DNA of 64,000 nucleotides, from positions 34,224,001 through 34,288,000 of the forward strand of contig NC_042998.1 in assembly GCF_006345805.1 (NCBI RefSeq). The letters run 5' to 3'. Position 1 is the stretch's first letter. Every line of letters starts with the position of its first letter. This document shows positions 38,368-50,798 of this stretch, piece by piece. The stretch is from Octopus sinensis. Lineage: Eukaryota. Made by a program: the position numbers and the translations under genes. The notes beneath the pieces are model-generated. The model was given only the letters and a program-made list of their open reading frames with translations, did not search any database and was not told where the DNA came from.

Positions 38368-38744
38368 CATTGCTGTTGTTATCCGTAAAAGACTATTATT
38401 GCTGTTGTTATCTGTAAAAGACCATTATTGCTGTTGTTATCCATAAAAGACCATTATTGCTGTTGTTATCCATAAAAGACCATTATTGCTGTTGTTATCC
38501 GTAAAAGACCATTATTGCTGTTGTTATCCATAAAAGACCATTACTGCTGTTGTTATCCGTAAAAGACCATTATTGCTGTTGTTATCCATAAAAGACCATT
38601 ATTGCTGTTGTTATCCGTAAAATACCATTATTGCTGTTGTTATCCATAAAAGACCATTATTGCTGTTGTTATCCATAAAAGACCATTACTGCTGTTGTTA
38701 TCCATAAAAGACCATTATTGCTGTTGTTATCCGTAAAAGACCAT
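38368..38744. repeat. 29-bp minisatellite x13 (CATTATTGCTGTTGTTATCCRTAAAAGAC)
   Basis: Direct reading; 377 bp = 13 x 29. Confidence 0.95.
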
Positions 38745-39841
38745 CCCCAGTGACAGCCCTAAGGCAAAAGAGGCCCATGCTAGTCGGCCTTCCACTCACA
38801 TGACTTCCCTTACTCTTCTCCTTCCAGCAAGGCCCCTCGGCCATTTGAATGATATTACTGACCCAATACTTCTGGCCCACCTCACCCCACTATATGTATC
38901 AACTCTCATTACCTTCTCCTTCAATGAGATAATGAACAGAAAAACCCATTCAACTTTAAATGAAACCTTAAATATTGTATTCAAATATTATAAATACAGA
39001 GCTAAGGCAGCAAGCTGGCAGAAACGTTAGCAAGCCAGGCAAAATGCTTAGCAGTATTTCGTCAATCTTTACATTCTGAGTTCAAATTCCACTGAGGTCG
39101 ACTTTGCCATTCATTCTTTCAGGGGTTGATAAATTAAATACCAGTTGTGTACTGGGGTTGATCTAATTGACTGGCACCTTCCCCCAAAATTTCAGGCCTT
39201 GTTCCTAGAGTAGAAAAGATTATTATTATTATTATTATCATTGCCTTTTCACAGCTTCTAACACTGGAGATGTACCATGGTGTCAGCTGTTCACTACCAA
39301 GGAACTAAGATAACACCTCTTATTTTTTGAGCACCTTCCGGAGTATTCGACCTTGGTGGAATTTGAACTCAGAACGTTACGGCAGAAAAAACACTGCTAT
39401 GCATTTCGCCCAGCGTGCTAATGATTCTGCCTGCCCACTGCCCTATTTGAAACGAATATTATAAATACTGAATGAAGTATTTTCTTGGAAGTGAAATTAA
39501 AGCTATCACATGAACAATGGAAATAAACCTTCCTTCAAATATGTTATGGTTAATGTTGATAAAATGCTATTTTTTGCAGCACAACTCATTCTTCAATCCA
39601 ATCTTTTCATCAAAAACAGCATCTTCTATCTCTTTTACTGGTTTCAGTTATTAAACTGTGGCCATGCTGGGGCACTGCCTTGAAGAATTTTTTGTTGAAT
39701 GAATTGAACCCAGAACTTGCTTTTTTTTTAAATCTGTTATGTATTTTATCAGTTTTTTTTTGTCAAACAGCTAAGTTATAAGGATGTAAACACAACACCA
39801 GTTGCCAAGCAGTGGTAGGGGACAAACACAGACACAAGGAC

Positions 39842-39879
<38 letters not shown>

Positions 39880-40374
39880 AAAACTAGCTTCTTTCAGTTT
39901 CCACCTACCAAATCCACTCCCAAGGCTTTTGTTGGCTTGAGGCTACAGTAGCAGATACTTACCTAAAGTGCTATGCAGTGGGACTGAACCCAGAACCATG
40001 TGGTTGGGTCACACAATTTCTGTTTCACAACTGATCCATTATAAATTTGCATGAGAACCTTTTGTCAAATTATTTTTCACACACCAGCTTATCAGCTTAA
40101 TGAATGAGGAACTAGCGGTCATTTTACTTGCTTGAAATAACAGCCAAATGTCCTTCATACTGTATCCTATTGGCTTTAAAAAGAAATGACATACAAGATG
40201 TATAGAAAAATGAATGACTTATAGGACGAGGCAGTATTTGAAATCCTATATGACGGCATGGCTGGAAACCTTTGACCATAAGTCTGTTTGGTCAGGGCTG
40301 ACCTGGGGCTAAAAGACAATAGCAACAATACCACCATCACCATCAACACCGATAACAACAACAACAACAGCAGT

Positions 40375-40740
40375 GGAGGGGCAATGGCACAGTGGTTAGG
40401 GCAGCGGATTCACAGTCGGAGGATCGCAGTTTCAATTCCCAGACCAGGCGTTGTGTGTGTTTATTGAGCGAAAACACCTAAAGCTCCACGAGGCTCCGGC
40501 AGGAGGTGGTGTACTTTTTCACTCCAACTTTCTCTCACTATTTTTTCCTGTTTCTTGTCCCCAACTTCCTACGCAACCGCTGAGCCTGGATGCGCATTCA
40601 TCCATCCATCGATGCTCTCGGTGTCGGGGGTTGACCTGCTTTCTCTTCTGTGGGTCTTATGAATAGCAAAGGACCATGTTTCAGACTTCTCCCATCTTGC
40701 GAGCTCTGGGACGAAGACCATTCGCTCAACAGCAACAGCA
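40375..40740 (+). mobile_element. tRNA-derived SINE family E, subfamily with a different GC-rich tail ending in (CAA)n
   Basis: TGGCACAGTGG A-box, GTTTCAATTCC B-box; head shared with 44600-44735 (-). Confidence 0.7.
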
Positions 40741-42430
40741 ACAGCACTACTACCAACAACAACAACAACCAATGAATGAAATAAAACCAACTAATGAAAA
40801 TTAATCATTATAACTAAATTTCTTCCAAACCCTTGATTATTTTAATAATGAATTAAAACTGAGGCCAATTAATTCTTATATATATATTCTTGCAAACATA
40901 GTCTCCAAGGGATTAGGTAGAACACAAAGTCATAGACAATTAGTCACAACATTATATATACAAATTTATGTATGTCCAGAAGCATTCAGTTCTGAGCTGG
41001 AAGAAGATTGATTAAAAAAAAAAGGTGGGGAGAAAGAAACAAATAAAAAAAATCAGGTAAAAGATTAAAGCTGGAAGCATCTCTTTCAATGATATCATCC
41101 TATAAATTCCTGTCATAGGTCATTCTCGAGACAGCTACTTGGTCTTATTTTAGGATATTTAAAGGCTTTTGTCTGAGTTGGAACTTGGAGAGAATAAAAA
41201 GAAATTGACCTCCTCTGTGGATTCTTTGGTTTTTTACAAATATACACTGTAATCTGATATTGATTGAATTGATTTTGTTTTACAATGGTTCATAGATTTC
41301 ACATTCTGTTATGAACCACACTTCTTGGGGTTTATACATGAAAGCAAACAAACAAAAAAAAATAAAAAACAGAGGACTTAATACAAAAGGACTTAATACA
41401 AAAGCACAACAGAGCTCTAGCACTTGATATAATTCTATTATTCTTGTGTTCTTCGTAGATCAGAATTAGGTACATCCAATGAATATTTTAGTCATATTGA
41501 CATCAACATATGACTTTGTGGAGTCTGTGAGTAAAACTGGAGTCTTGTACTGTTGTTCTAGTGGCTGGTTCAATGTTGTCTTTAAAACAATCTGAAATAT
41601 ATTAGCCATTTGTAGAATTGAAGTTAACACAATAAAATAAGAAAGTAAATATCTCTTAGAAGCAACAGCTGACAAAAGTATAATGCATGACAGTAGAACC
41701 TTTATGCAAAAGTTGCAACAGATTATGTTTCCAATATCATCATCATCGTCGTCGTTTAACGTCCTCTTTCCATGCTAGCATGGGTTGGGCAATTTTGATT
41801 TAGGACTGCCGAACCAGACGGCCGCACCAGGCTCCAATCTTGATCTGGCAGAGTTTCTGCAGCTGGATGCCCTTCCTATCACCAACCACTCCGAGAGTGT
41901 AGTGGGTGCTTTTTATGTGCCACCAGCATGGGGTAAGTCAGGCGGTACTGGCAATGACCTCGCTCGAATCGTTTTATAGGTTAATTGATTGAGATGTTCA
42001 TGGTTTATATTATATGACTGGTATCATGTTTTGTTCTTTGGCAGTATTATTTAAATGTCTAACTAGATGTTGTAGCAGAGATCCAAAACCAAGTGTCTGG
42101 ATACTCAGTCAGACATCATGACAAAACTACAATACTTTCAAGTGATTGGTCTATTAAGCATCCAATCAGCATCAAGCCATCATGTGATTCAATCTTCTTG
42201 AATCTTCTTCTTCTTCTTATGTCCTTTTGGCAGTGATTAATTGCAGAATGTTGAGGCAGCTGTGTGACATGTATCTCCATTCTTGCCACATTGGTTGGTC
42301 CACGCAGCTCGGACAAAGGACCAAGAATCATCATCACCACAAACACAGCACAATTGTTTCCAGTTATGTTGGGCAAGCCACATGTTGCAGTATCAATAGC
42401 TTGCTGTAAGTTCCAAGTGATATCTCTCTC

Positions 42431-42575
42431 CATTATTGCTGTTGTTATCCGTAAAAAACCATTATTGTTGTTGTTATCCATAAAAGACCATTATTGCTGT
42501 TGTTATCCGTAAAAGACCATTACTGCTGTTGTTATCTGTAAAAGACCATTACTGCTGTTGTTATCTGTAAAAGAC
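42431..42575. repeat. Same 29-bp minisatellite x5
   Basis: 145 bp = 5 x 29. Confidence 0.95.
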
Positions 42576-44397
42576 AATTATAAAATCTTCTGTTTGATAT
42601 TCACAGGTGGTGTTCAGTTATTTCTTCATGTTCCGTTCATCAACTCAAGTGATGAAATGTAAAGTTGTACTTTCCTTAGGAGCAGCTCATGGTTTCAGTT
42701 AAAGGAAGCCATGTTAGTTCAGAGTTCAAGACTTAAGTGAGTTTAGAATATGGCAATTGAAAATTATTCAAGAGCATCTTCCTGAAATTAGAAGAGGTAT
42801 CAAAAGATCATTTTCTCACATTGGTAAGAAATTCATCATCATCATCATCGTTTAAGTCCGTTCTCCATGCTAGCATGGGTTGGATGGTTCGACCGGGGAT
42901 CTGGGAAGCCAGAAGGCTGCGACAGGCTCCAGTCTGGTCTGGCAGTGTTTCTACAGCTGGATGCCCTTCCTAACGCCAGGTTGCCCTTCCTAACGCCACA
43001 AATTGTGCCTGTAAATTTTCAAATAATGCCATAATGCCTTTTTAGCTTTACAGGATTTCCCAACGCATTTGCTTAGTGTGAATTAACCTTCAGGCTAAGG
43101 TGGTGAGCTAGCAGAAATTTTAGCACACCAGGTAAAATGCTTAGCAGTATTTCATTTGTCTTTATGTTCTGAGTCCAAATTCCACTGAGGTTGACTTTGC
43201 CTTTCATCCTTTTGTGGTCAATAAATTAGGTACCAGTTGCATACTGGGGTTGATCTAATCGACTGGCCCCCTCCCTCAAAATATCGGGCCTCGTGCCTAG
43301 AGTAGAAAAGAATATATCTAAAACGAATGAATACAAACAACCGAAATTTTAATTTTTTATTTTTGTTTTAGCTTTGTCAGATTAATTGCATTTTGAAAAT
43401 TATTATTAACCAAACAAAAACCTTAAGCAGAATTTTTATCTGGAGTATTTTATCTGTCATTTAATCCATTTAACACCAAGTTTAGAAACAGAAGGAAGTA
43501 AAAAAAATGCAAAATTTCAGGCCTAGTGTCTAGAGTAGAAAAGAATAAACCTCCAGGTTATCACTTTCCAAAAATTTGGTAATAAATCAAAATGATACAA
43601 TTCATTTTTTAAATATAAGTTTTAATGTTTAAGAATACTATAAATGATTAAGTCAATAGAACACTTGGCAACCAGCAAAAGTGGTCAATGGCCTGAATCT
43701 TGTTAATGTTAATGATTAACTCTCAACAAATAATTTCATTTAACCCTGACCCTGTGATGCCTAAAATTATCAATATGCTGAAAAGGAAAAAATAAATATT
43801 GGCAAACCTAAATGTATGGCTGAAAAAGTTGCAACAAATGCCAAATATAATTGCTTACATACAATAAATTTGTTTATATGTAAAATATCCTTAAATCTTA
43901 TTCAAGCTTTCAATTTTGTTATTTTCTTTGTAAAAATCTGTTGTATTTGAAGCATCAAGAATTGGTAACAAGATGTATTATAGGATTGAGTAAATATAAT
44001 GACTGACCTTGCTTGCACTTGTGCCACATAAAAAGCACCGAGTCCACTCTGCTGAGTGGTTGGTGTTAGGAAGGGCATCCAGCTGTAAGAATCCTGCCAA
44101 AACAATCACAAGCTTCTGCTTGACTGGCTTTTGTCAAACTGTCCCACCCATGCCAGCATGGAAGACAGATGTTAAATGAAGATGATGAGAATGATGATGA
44201 ATGAGTGGCATGATGCCCTTCTGAAAGCAATGGAAGTATGTGGCTGTGTGATAAGAAGCTTGCTCCCAACCACATGGTTCGTAGTTCACTCTCACTGCAT
44301 GGCACCTTGTGCGAGTTTCTTCTTCTATAGCCTCGGGCCAACCAAAGCCTTGTGAGCGGATCTGGTAGATGGAAACTGAAAGAAGCCCTTTGTATAC

Positions 44398-44424
<27 letters not shown>

Positions 44425-44428
<4 letters not shown>

Positions 44429-44735
44429 ATTACGTGATCACCGTGACCGACCAGGCTATCAGATGTTGCTACACATCGCTGGTCACAATGCACTTTGCAT
44501 TGTTATAGCCATCAAGTGACGCCACCCCGCTGGCTAAGCGAGCAGGCCAACAGAAGAAAGAATGAGAGAGTGGCGAACAAGTACAGCAAGGATCACCACC
44601 CCTGCTGGAGCTTCGTGGAGCTTTAGGTGTTTTCGCTCAATAGGTGTTTTCGCTCACAACGCCCGGTCTGGGAATCGAAACCACGATCCTACGACCGCGA
44701 GTTCGCTGCCCTAACCACTGGACATTGTGCCTCCA
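44425..44735 (-). mobile_element. tRNA-derived SINE family E with RTE-derived tail
   Basis: Reverse complement head GGCACAATGTCCAGTGGTTAGGGCAGCG..GGTTTCGATTCCC; tail aligns to 21452-21502. Confidence 0.75.
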
Positions 44736-44737
44736 TG

Positions 44738-44815
<78 letters not shown>

Positions 44816-44897
44816 AGGGTGAAAAGGAACACACGAGTTGATATATATGAAAAAACAAGTCAAAAATAGAAAATGCTAAAATAATTTTATAGTGAAC

Positions 44898-44943
44898 ATT
44901 TCAGTACTGGTTTCGGTCATTTTGAGACCTTTTCAACTGTAAC
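44898..44943 (-). ncRNA. Hammerhead U3/A8 variant in left pseudo-LTR
   Basis: Reverse complement: guuacag-UUGAAAA-gguc[ucaaaau]gacc-GAAA-ccag-UA-cugaaau. Confidence 0.6.
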
Positions 44944-45209
44944 GATTAAATAATTAAATTTAGAAAAATTAGAAGAAAAGTTTTTTTAAAAGAATATTTC
45001 TATAGTAGTGTTCAGATTTAAGTGGCATTCTGCCTTTCTCTGACTCCCTTGTTTGCACTTGTGTGTCGGACGTCGTTGTGAGTTCTTGGAAGGGTAGTAG
45101 AGGAAGAAGGCTGGTGGGGAAAGGGGGATGGGAGAATCTGGGAGTGCCCTGATGGTCGTATTTTGAATGGTCAGTGGCGGCTGGCAGTCTCAGTTCAATT
45201 CAGGAGAAT

Positions 45210-46215
45210 CGAAGAGAACAATGAAGAAACAGATACGAAAAATACAACCTCCGAAATTGTCGAAAACCTTGGAAACTTATGCGAAACAATTAGAACATTT
45301 TTCTCTAACAACGCTAACCAAGGACCTCCAAACGCGTCAATATATGGGATCAATACTCTAACAACATACCAAATGAAACACCACATAATACCACAATGGA
45401 ACAAATCACTCAGAGATAGAAAGTTCGCCTTTTGGAAGATGATCCAAAACAACAACAAAGCGGATATATACGAAAAATGGCTCAACCGGACCCCGTTAAT
45501 CCTCCCACGTAAATTCCAGTTCAAAGCTATTACAGAAGAACCTGAAACTCAAAGACACCTCAGGGAGAGAATGGCACTGGAAAAAATGAAAATGGAAATA
45601 GAACTTCTTAAATTGAGGGCCCAAACGAATGAGGATAAAATAAAATCCACCGATGAAGATATCAACGAAGAAATTCGCAAAATGACCCAAGGCCCAGATC
45701 AAGAGAAGTTCTCCAAACTATGGAAAGAGGACTGTGAAAAAGAAGAACTAAAATCTCTCCAATGCTGGGAGAAAAGCGCCACTTGGTTCTCAGACTATGA
45801 AGCCGTCTTTCAAACAGAGCACGCCTCCAACAACCCTTTCCAGAAAATAAGAAAACCAAAACAACACCCAAACACCGATACACACCTGTCTAAAAATCGG
45901 AACCTTCACTACTATCAAAAAAAGAATACAGGACCTAACCCTAACTCTGTAAGCAGCCAGCGATACAATATCAGGAATACCGCCACTTCAAGCAGAGAAA
46001 GGATAAATCAACACCCACAGCATAGACACTGCAACCTCATCCCCACCCAAAGGAGTTACCAACGAAATCTTCGTCCCATTAACTGGTTAAACAACCATGC
46101 ACAACAAACCACACCACTTGCAATGATTACCAACGAAGGCCTCCTAGAACACCACACCCGAATATGGGATATCGGGATGCTCTCCTCAATACTGCTCCAA
46201 GAACACACACCATAA
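45210..46215 (+). CDS. Upstream ORF of the Penelope-like element: helical/coiled-coil-like then N/Q/R-rich low-complexity region, function unknown, 5'-truncated
   Basis: Open frame of >330 codons in AT-rich DNA with the same A-rich strand bias as the RT ORF; first ~16 codons of the listed ORF come from the inverted repeat. Confidence 0.6.
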
Positions 46216-46339
46216 ATCACAACAGGAGACCCCTAATCAACAAAGAACAACTATATACTAGCTACCGTCCCAACCACCCCGCATTCATTTTTTAGACCCA
46301 ATACGCAAACACAGAGACACAAGATAGCACCAAACAAGC

Positions 46340-48608
46340 AGGAGGAACCAAAAGTAATAAAAATTATTAATCTAACTCACAAGGAACTAACAGCAAACCA
46401 AATAAACATACTTTCCAAAGGACTCAAGTTTACACCCACCCCACAACACCCCAACTACAATGAAATGAAAAGACATCGCAGAATTCTGCAGAAAATTAAG
46501 ACTTACTGAGGAGCTATACGATAAATACAACGAGGACGAATCGTTAACCAGAAATAGGAGTAACTACACCCCCTCGAAAGGTAAGAATAAAACACTTGAT
46601 GATTTCTGTGACCACATATCAAATTACCCATATCAACATATGCACACAAAAAAACACAAACCAAACTTCAGCAAAAAAGAATGGGCTGAGTTGAACAAAT
46701 TAAAACTAGATAAAACAATAACAATCAAAGAGGCCGATAAAGGGAGTGCTGTTGTCTTAATGGATACGACATTTTACATAACTTTGGTACTTTCTATGCT
46801 GGAAGACACAACATACTATGAAAAGGCACAAAACTACAGTCAACAAAAATAATGAGGGAACTAAAATCCATATTAAACCCATACAAAGCAGGGCTCACCG
46901 ACAAAGAATATGATTATATGACCAATTTCACAAGTAAAACTAGCCAATTCTACGTATACCTAAGATCCACAAAAGTGAAAAAATAAGCAACGCATGCAAG
47001 ATAGCTACAGACAAAATAATTAAAGTCCCTAATCCTAATGACCTCAAATTGAGACCCATAATAGCAGGTCCCGCATGCAAACCCACCGCCTCAGTAACTT
47101 TTTAGACACCCTGTTAAAACCACTCCTCAAACATGTCAAAAGCTATATAAGGGACGACTTAGATATGCTCAATCACCTACCGAATACTATAAACAAAAAC
47201 ACCATACTGGTATCCTTCGATGTAGTCAACCTCTACTCCAATATCCCCACAACCTAGGACTAGAGGCAATCCAATTCTGGCTAGAGAATCACGCCAACGA
47301 ACTACCACACCGCATCAAAAAAGAATTTGTGATAGAAGGGGTCAAATTCATCCTGGAAAATAACTTCTTCGCCTTCAATGACAACTTCTACCGACAAAAA
47401 TGGGGACTGCGATGGGTACACGAATGGCCCCCTCCTTTGCCAACCTAGTCATAGGATACCTAGAGATCAGTCTGTATCGTAAGGTTCTAGAAAGATATGG
47501 CAGCCCTTTCTCCATCTACATAGAAAACAACTGGAAGAGATATCTAGATGACTGTTTCATCCTTTGGCATAAAAATATAGAAAAACTCATAGAATTCCAG
47601 AAAATTTTAAATGGACTGGACGTAAACATCCAATTCACGATGGAATATAGCCAACAACAACTCCCCTTCCTCGATATCCTCATTAAGAAAGCTAATAATA
47701 TAATAGAAACAGACATATACTATAAGCCTACAGACTCTAAGCAATATCTTCCATTCAATTCATGCCACCCCAGACACACCAGGATGAATATCCCCTTCAA
47801 TCTAGCAAAAAGGATATGCACTATAGTCTCTAATGCAAACACCAGAGACACACGACTACAAGAACTAAAAGATACCCTAATCACCAGGAACTATCCACCT
47901 TCACTTATTGACAAGTGCATTCAACGTGCCCTTCAACTTAACATCAAGGAACTGAGACATCCCAAATCAAAGAAAAACTTACAACCAAAAGCCTTACCAT
48001 ACATCTCCACACACAACCCTCTCAATAACGAAGCCTTTGACACCATCCTCCACAACATACCCCTCCTAAAAAAAGACCACAGAATGAACACAATCCTCCA
48101 AACACACACGATCATAAAAAGCAAAAGACAGCCTAGATCCATGAAAAGTCTCCTTACACAAGCCCGAATTCACTCCTCAACACAGAAGCCGACAGTAAAA
48201 AAATGTGGAAGACCCAATTGCGGGATATGCGACTATCTAATTGAGGGATCAGAGTTCTCCTTCAAGCAGGGACAACGGTTTACAGTGAAAAGCAACTTCA
48301 CATGTGCTTCGGAGAACCTAATATACTCACTAACCTGCTCCGGGTGTCAAGAGCAGTACATAGGCCAAACAAAAAATGGTTTGCGTAAACGAATGGCCCT
48401 GCACAGATCCCAGATAAAAATTCCCCAAAACAGAAAAATAGCTTTTAGCCAACACATAGATACTTGCGCCAACAAAAAAACACCAAACTTCAGAATTTTC
48501 CCCCTCTACCAATTTAGGGACGATACAACCTCGAGACAACGAATAAAAAGAAATCTCTTTATTACAAAATACAAGCCACTTCTAAACGGGTCTACGACAA
48601 ACAATTAA
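46340..48608 (+). pseudogene. PLE reverse transcriptase + C-terminal GIY-YIG endonuclease, frameshifted in this assembly
   Basis: IINLTHKELT..LSKGLKFTPTP; SFDVVNLYSNIP; GTAMGTRMAPSFANL; RYLDDCF (YLDD 47541-47552); LPFLDI; CGRPNCGIC linker; NLIYSLTCSGCQEQYIGQT..R..LH. Confidence 0.92.
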
Positions 48609-49331
48609 TATACCTCAACTTTAGAATAAAAGAAAAAAATATATATACTCACACAAATATTACACTCCATAGAATCCATTACTAATCAGCCCCTTCATAG
48701 CTATACTTACACCCATTCATATTCCCCCTTCTCTGTTTTTTCTTCTTCTTCTTCTTCCTCTTCTTCTTCATCATATCATTATCATCATCATCGTCGTCAT
48801 CATCATCACCACCATCATCACCACCATCTTCTCCTTCTCCTCCTTCTTCTTCTTCTTCTTCTTCATCATCATCATTATCATCATCATCGTCATCATAATC
48901 ATCACCACCACCACCATCATCGTCATCTTCTCTCCTTCTCCTTCTTCTTCTCTTCTTCTTCTTCTTCTACTTCTCACCCCCTACCCCTTAACTTTGTCAC
49001 TAATGTTTTTTAGTATAACACCTATGCTAATTCTATAAACAAGCCTGTCAATATAAATATTCTCCTGAATTGAACTGAGACTGCCAGCAGCCACTGACCA
49101 TTCAAAATACGACCATCAGGGCACTCCCAGATTCTCCCATCCCCCTTTCCCCACCAGCCTTCTTCCTCTACTACCCTTCCAAGAACTCACAACGACCTCC
49201 GACCTCCGACACACAAGTGCAAACAAGGGAGTCAGAGAAAGGCAGAATGCCACTTAAATCTGAACACTACTATAGAAATATTCTTTTAAAAAAACTTTTC
49301 TTCTAATTTTTCTAAATTTAATTATTTAATC

Positions 49332-49377
49332 GTTACAGTTGAAAAGGTCTCAAAATGACCGAAACCGGTACTGAAAT
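49332..49377 (+). ncRNA. Hammerhead U3/A8 variant in 3' pseudo-LTR
   Basis: guuacag-UUGAAAA-gguc[ucaaaau]gacc-GAAA-ccgg-UA-cugaaau; palindromic ACCGGU stem III, GUA site. Confidence 0.7.
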
Positions 49378-49422
49378 GTTCACTATAAAATTATTTTAGC
49401 ATTTTCTATTTTTGACTTGTTT

Positions 49423-49492
<70 letters not shown>

Positions 49493-50078
49493 TATATATA
49501 CATATATACATATGTATGTGTGTTTGTCCCCACCCCCTTTATTTAGAAGTCTAGCAAAAGAGACTGGTAGAATAAGTACAAAACTTGAAAAAAATAAGTA
49601 CTGGTTGATTCATTTGGCTAAAAGTTCTTGAAGGTGGTGCCCCAGCATGGTCGCAGTCTAATAACTGAAGCACATAAAAAATAGGAGATAAATTGACAAG
49701 ATTTTGTTGGTTTGTTAATTCGGTTTCACCAACAGAAAGCTAACCAGCGATATCACAAACAATCCATTCAGGAAGAGTTTTTATCATCTTAACACAATGA
49801 AAGCTGAAACTGTATTCAGACATTAGAGAACTTTGTGGCTCAGAAGAGTATTAACATTTATTTATTTCATTGATCCTGAAGGATGGAAAGTAAAATTAAT
49901 ATTGGTGAGATTTTTGAAGGCAGAAAACAAAGCCAAAAGAAATGGCACAAACCATTTTGTCCAGTATGCTCATGATTTTGCCAGATTAGCATTGGAATAT
50001 AACCTATCGAATAAGATCTTTAATGCATGTTACAAGGCTTTCATCTGAATTATACTAATGATATACATTTATATATAT

Positions 50079-50375
50079 AACAATTGCAGTGTGGAAGGTG
50101 TTTATAAGCCATTTAAAACACACAAAGACCATTAGATTCACTTCATCATTTAAATTTAATTTGCCAAAAGATTTTCGTTGCTTTGAGACTGCGACCTGTT
50201 CGCTGACAAAATTCTGTGCTGCACGAAAATATTTTGGCAAATTAAATTTAAATGTTGAAGTGAATCTAATGGTTTTTGTGTATTTTAAATGGCTTATAAA
50301 CACCTTCCAAACTGCAATTGTTTTCGTTCCAGCACACATCTCAGGTCAGGTCACATGGAATGCAAGTACATCTCA
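50079..50375. mobile_element. Inverted-repeat copy of the G3/C8 hammerhead family (arms 50079-50177 / 50224-50322)
   Basis: Arms reverse-complementary; full fold on - strand at 50160-50210 with core GCGAACA. Confidence 0.75.
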
Positions 50376-50798
50376 ATAATATATATATATATCATAAATA
50401 TTTATATTATAATAAAATGTAACAAGAAAGAATAAAACCTCAACATTAGAAAAATAGAGGATTATTTACATGTTACATATTAGAACAAATAGTAAAAGGT
50501 TGTCATTATAGCACTCAGAGTTTCAAATGTCAGTGTGAAGAGCTATGATGCATTCTCGTTAGCTATTAATGGCAACAGATGCTATGAAAAATGGTTGAAT
50601 AAAAGGGAAGTTACTCTAATAAGTAGAAAAAGAAAAAAAGAAAAACATAAATAATAAAAACTACATGCAACCATATTCTCACAATATATAGACATAAACC
50701 TCCTGTGTTCATAGCGTCTACATACATACACACTCACACAAGCATGTATACATACATGCACATACACATACACATAAAACACTAAACGAATTGAAGGC

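Larger units (their letters stand above)
44818..49434 (+). mobile_element. Penelope-like retroelement (Neptune-type), 5'-truncated with inverted pseudo-LTR, inserted in (TA)n
   Basis: Inverted repeats 44841-45209 / 49059-49434 (few mismatches, one 7-bp duplication); RT and GIY-YIG ORF between them; (TA)n on both flanks. Confidence 0.92.

Noticed and set aside
42116-42420. 121-aa ORF and alternative-frame LCCVCGDDD resembling a nuclear-receptor zinc finger
   Set aside because: The following HYG/CxxC residues are missing, the frame is short and flanked by stops, and the ORF start is minisatellite-derived
44818-49434. Naiad/Chlamys-type (N-terminal endonuclease, selenoprotein) PLE
   Set aside because: GIY-YIG is C-terminal to RT with a C-x4-C-x2-C linker; no pattern of in-frame TGA codons
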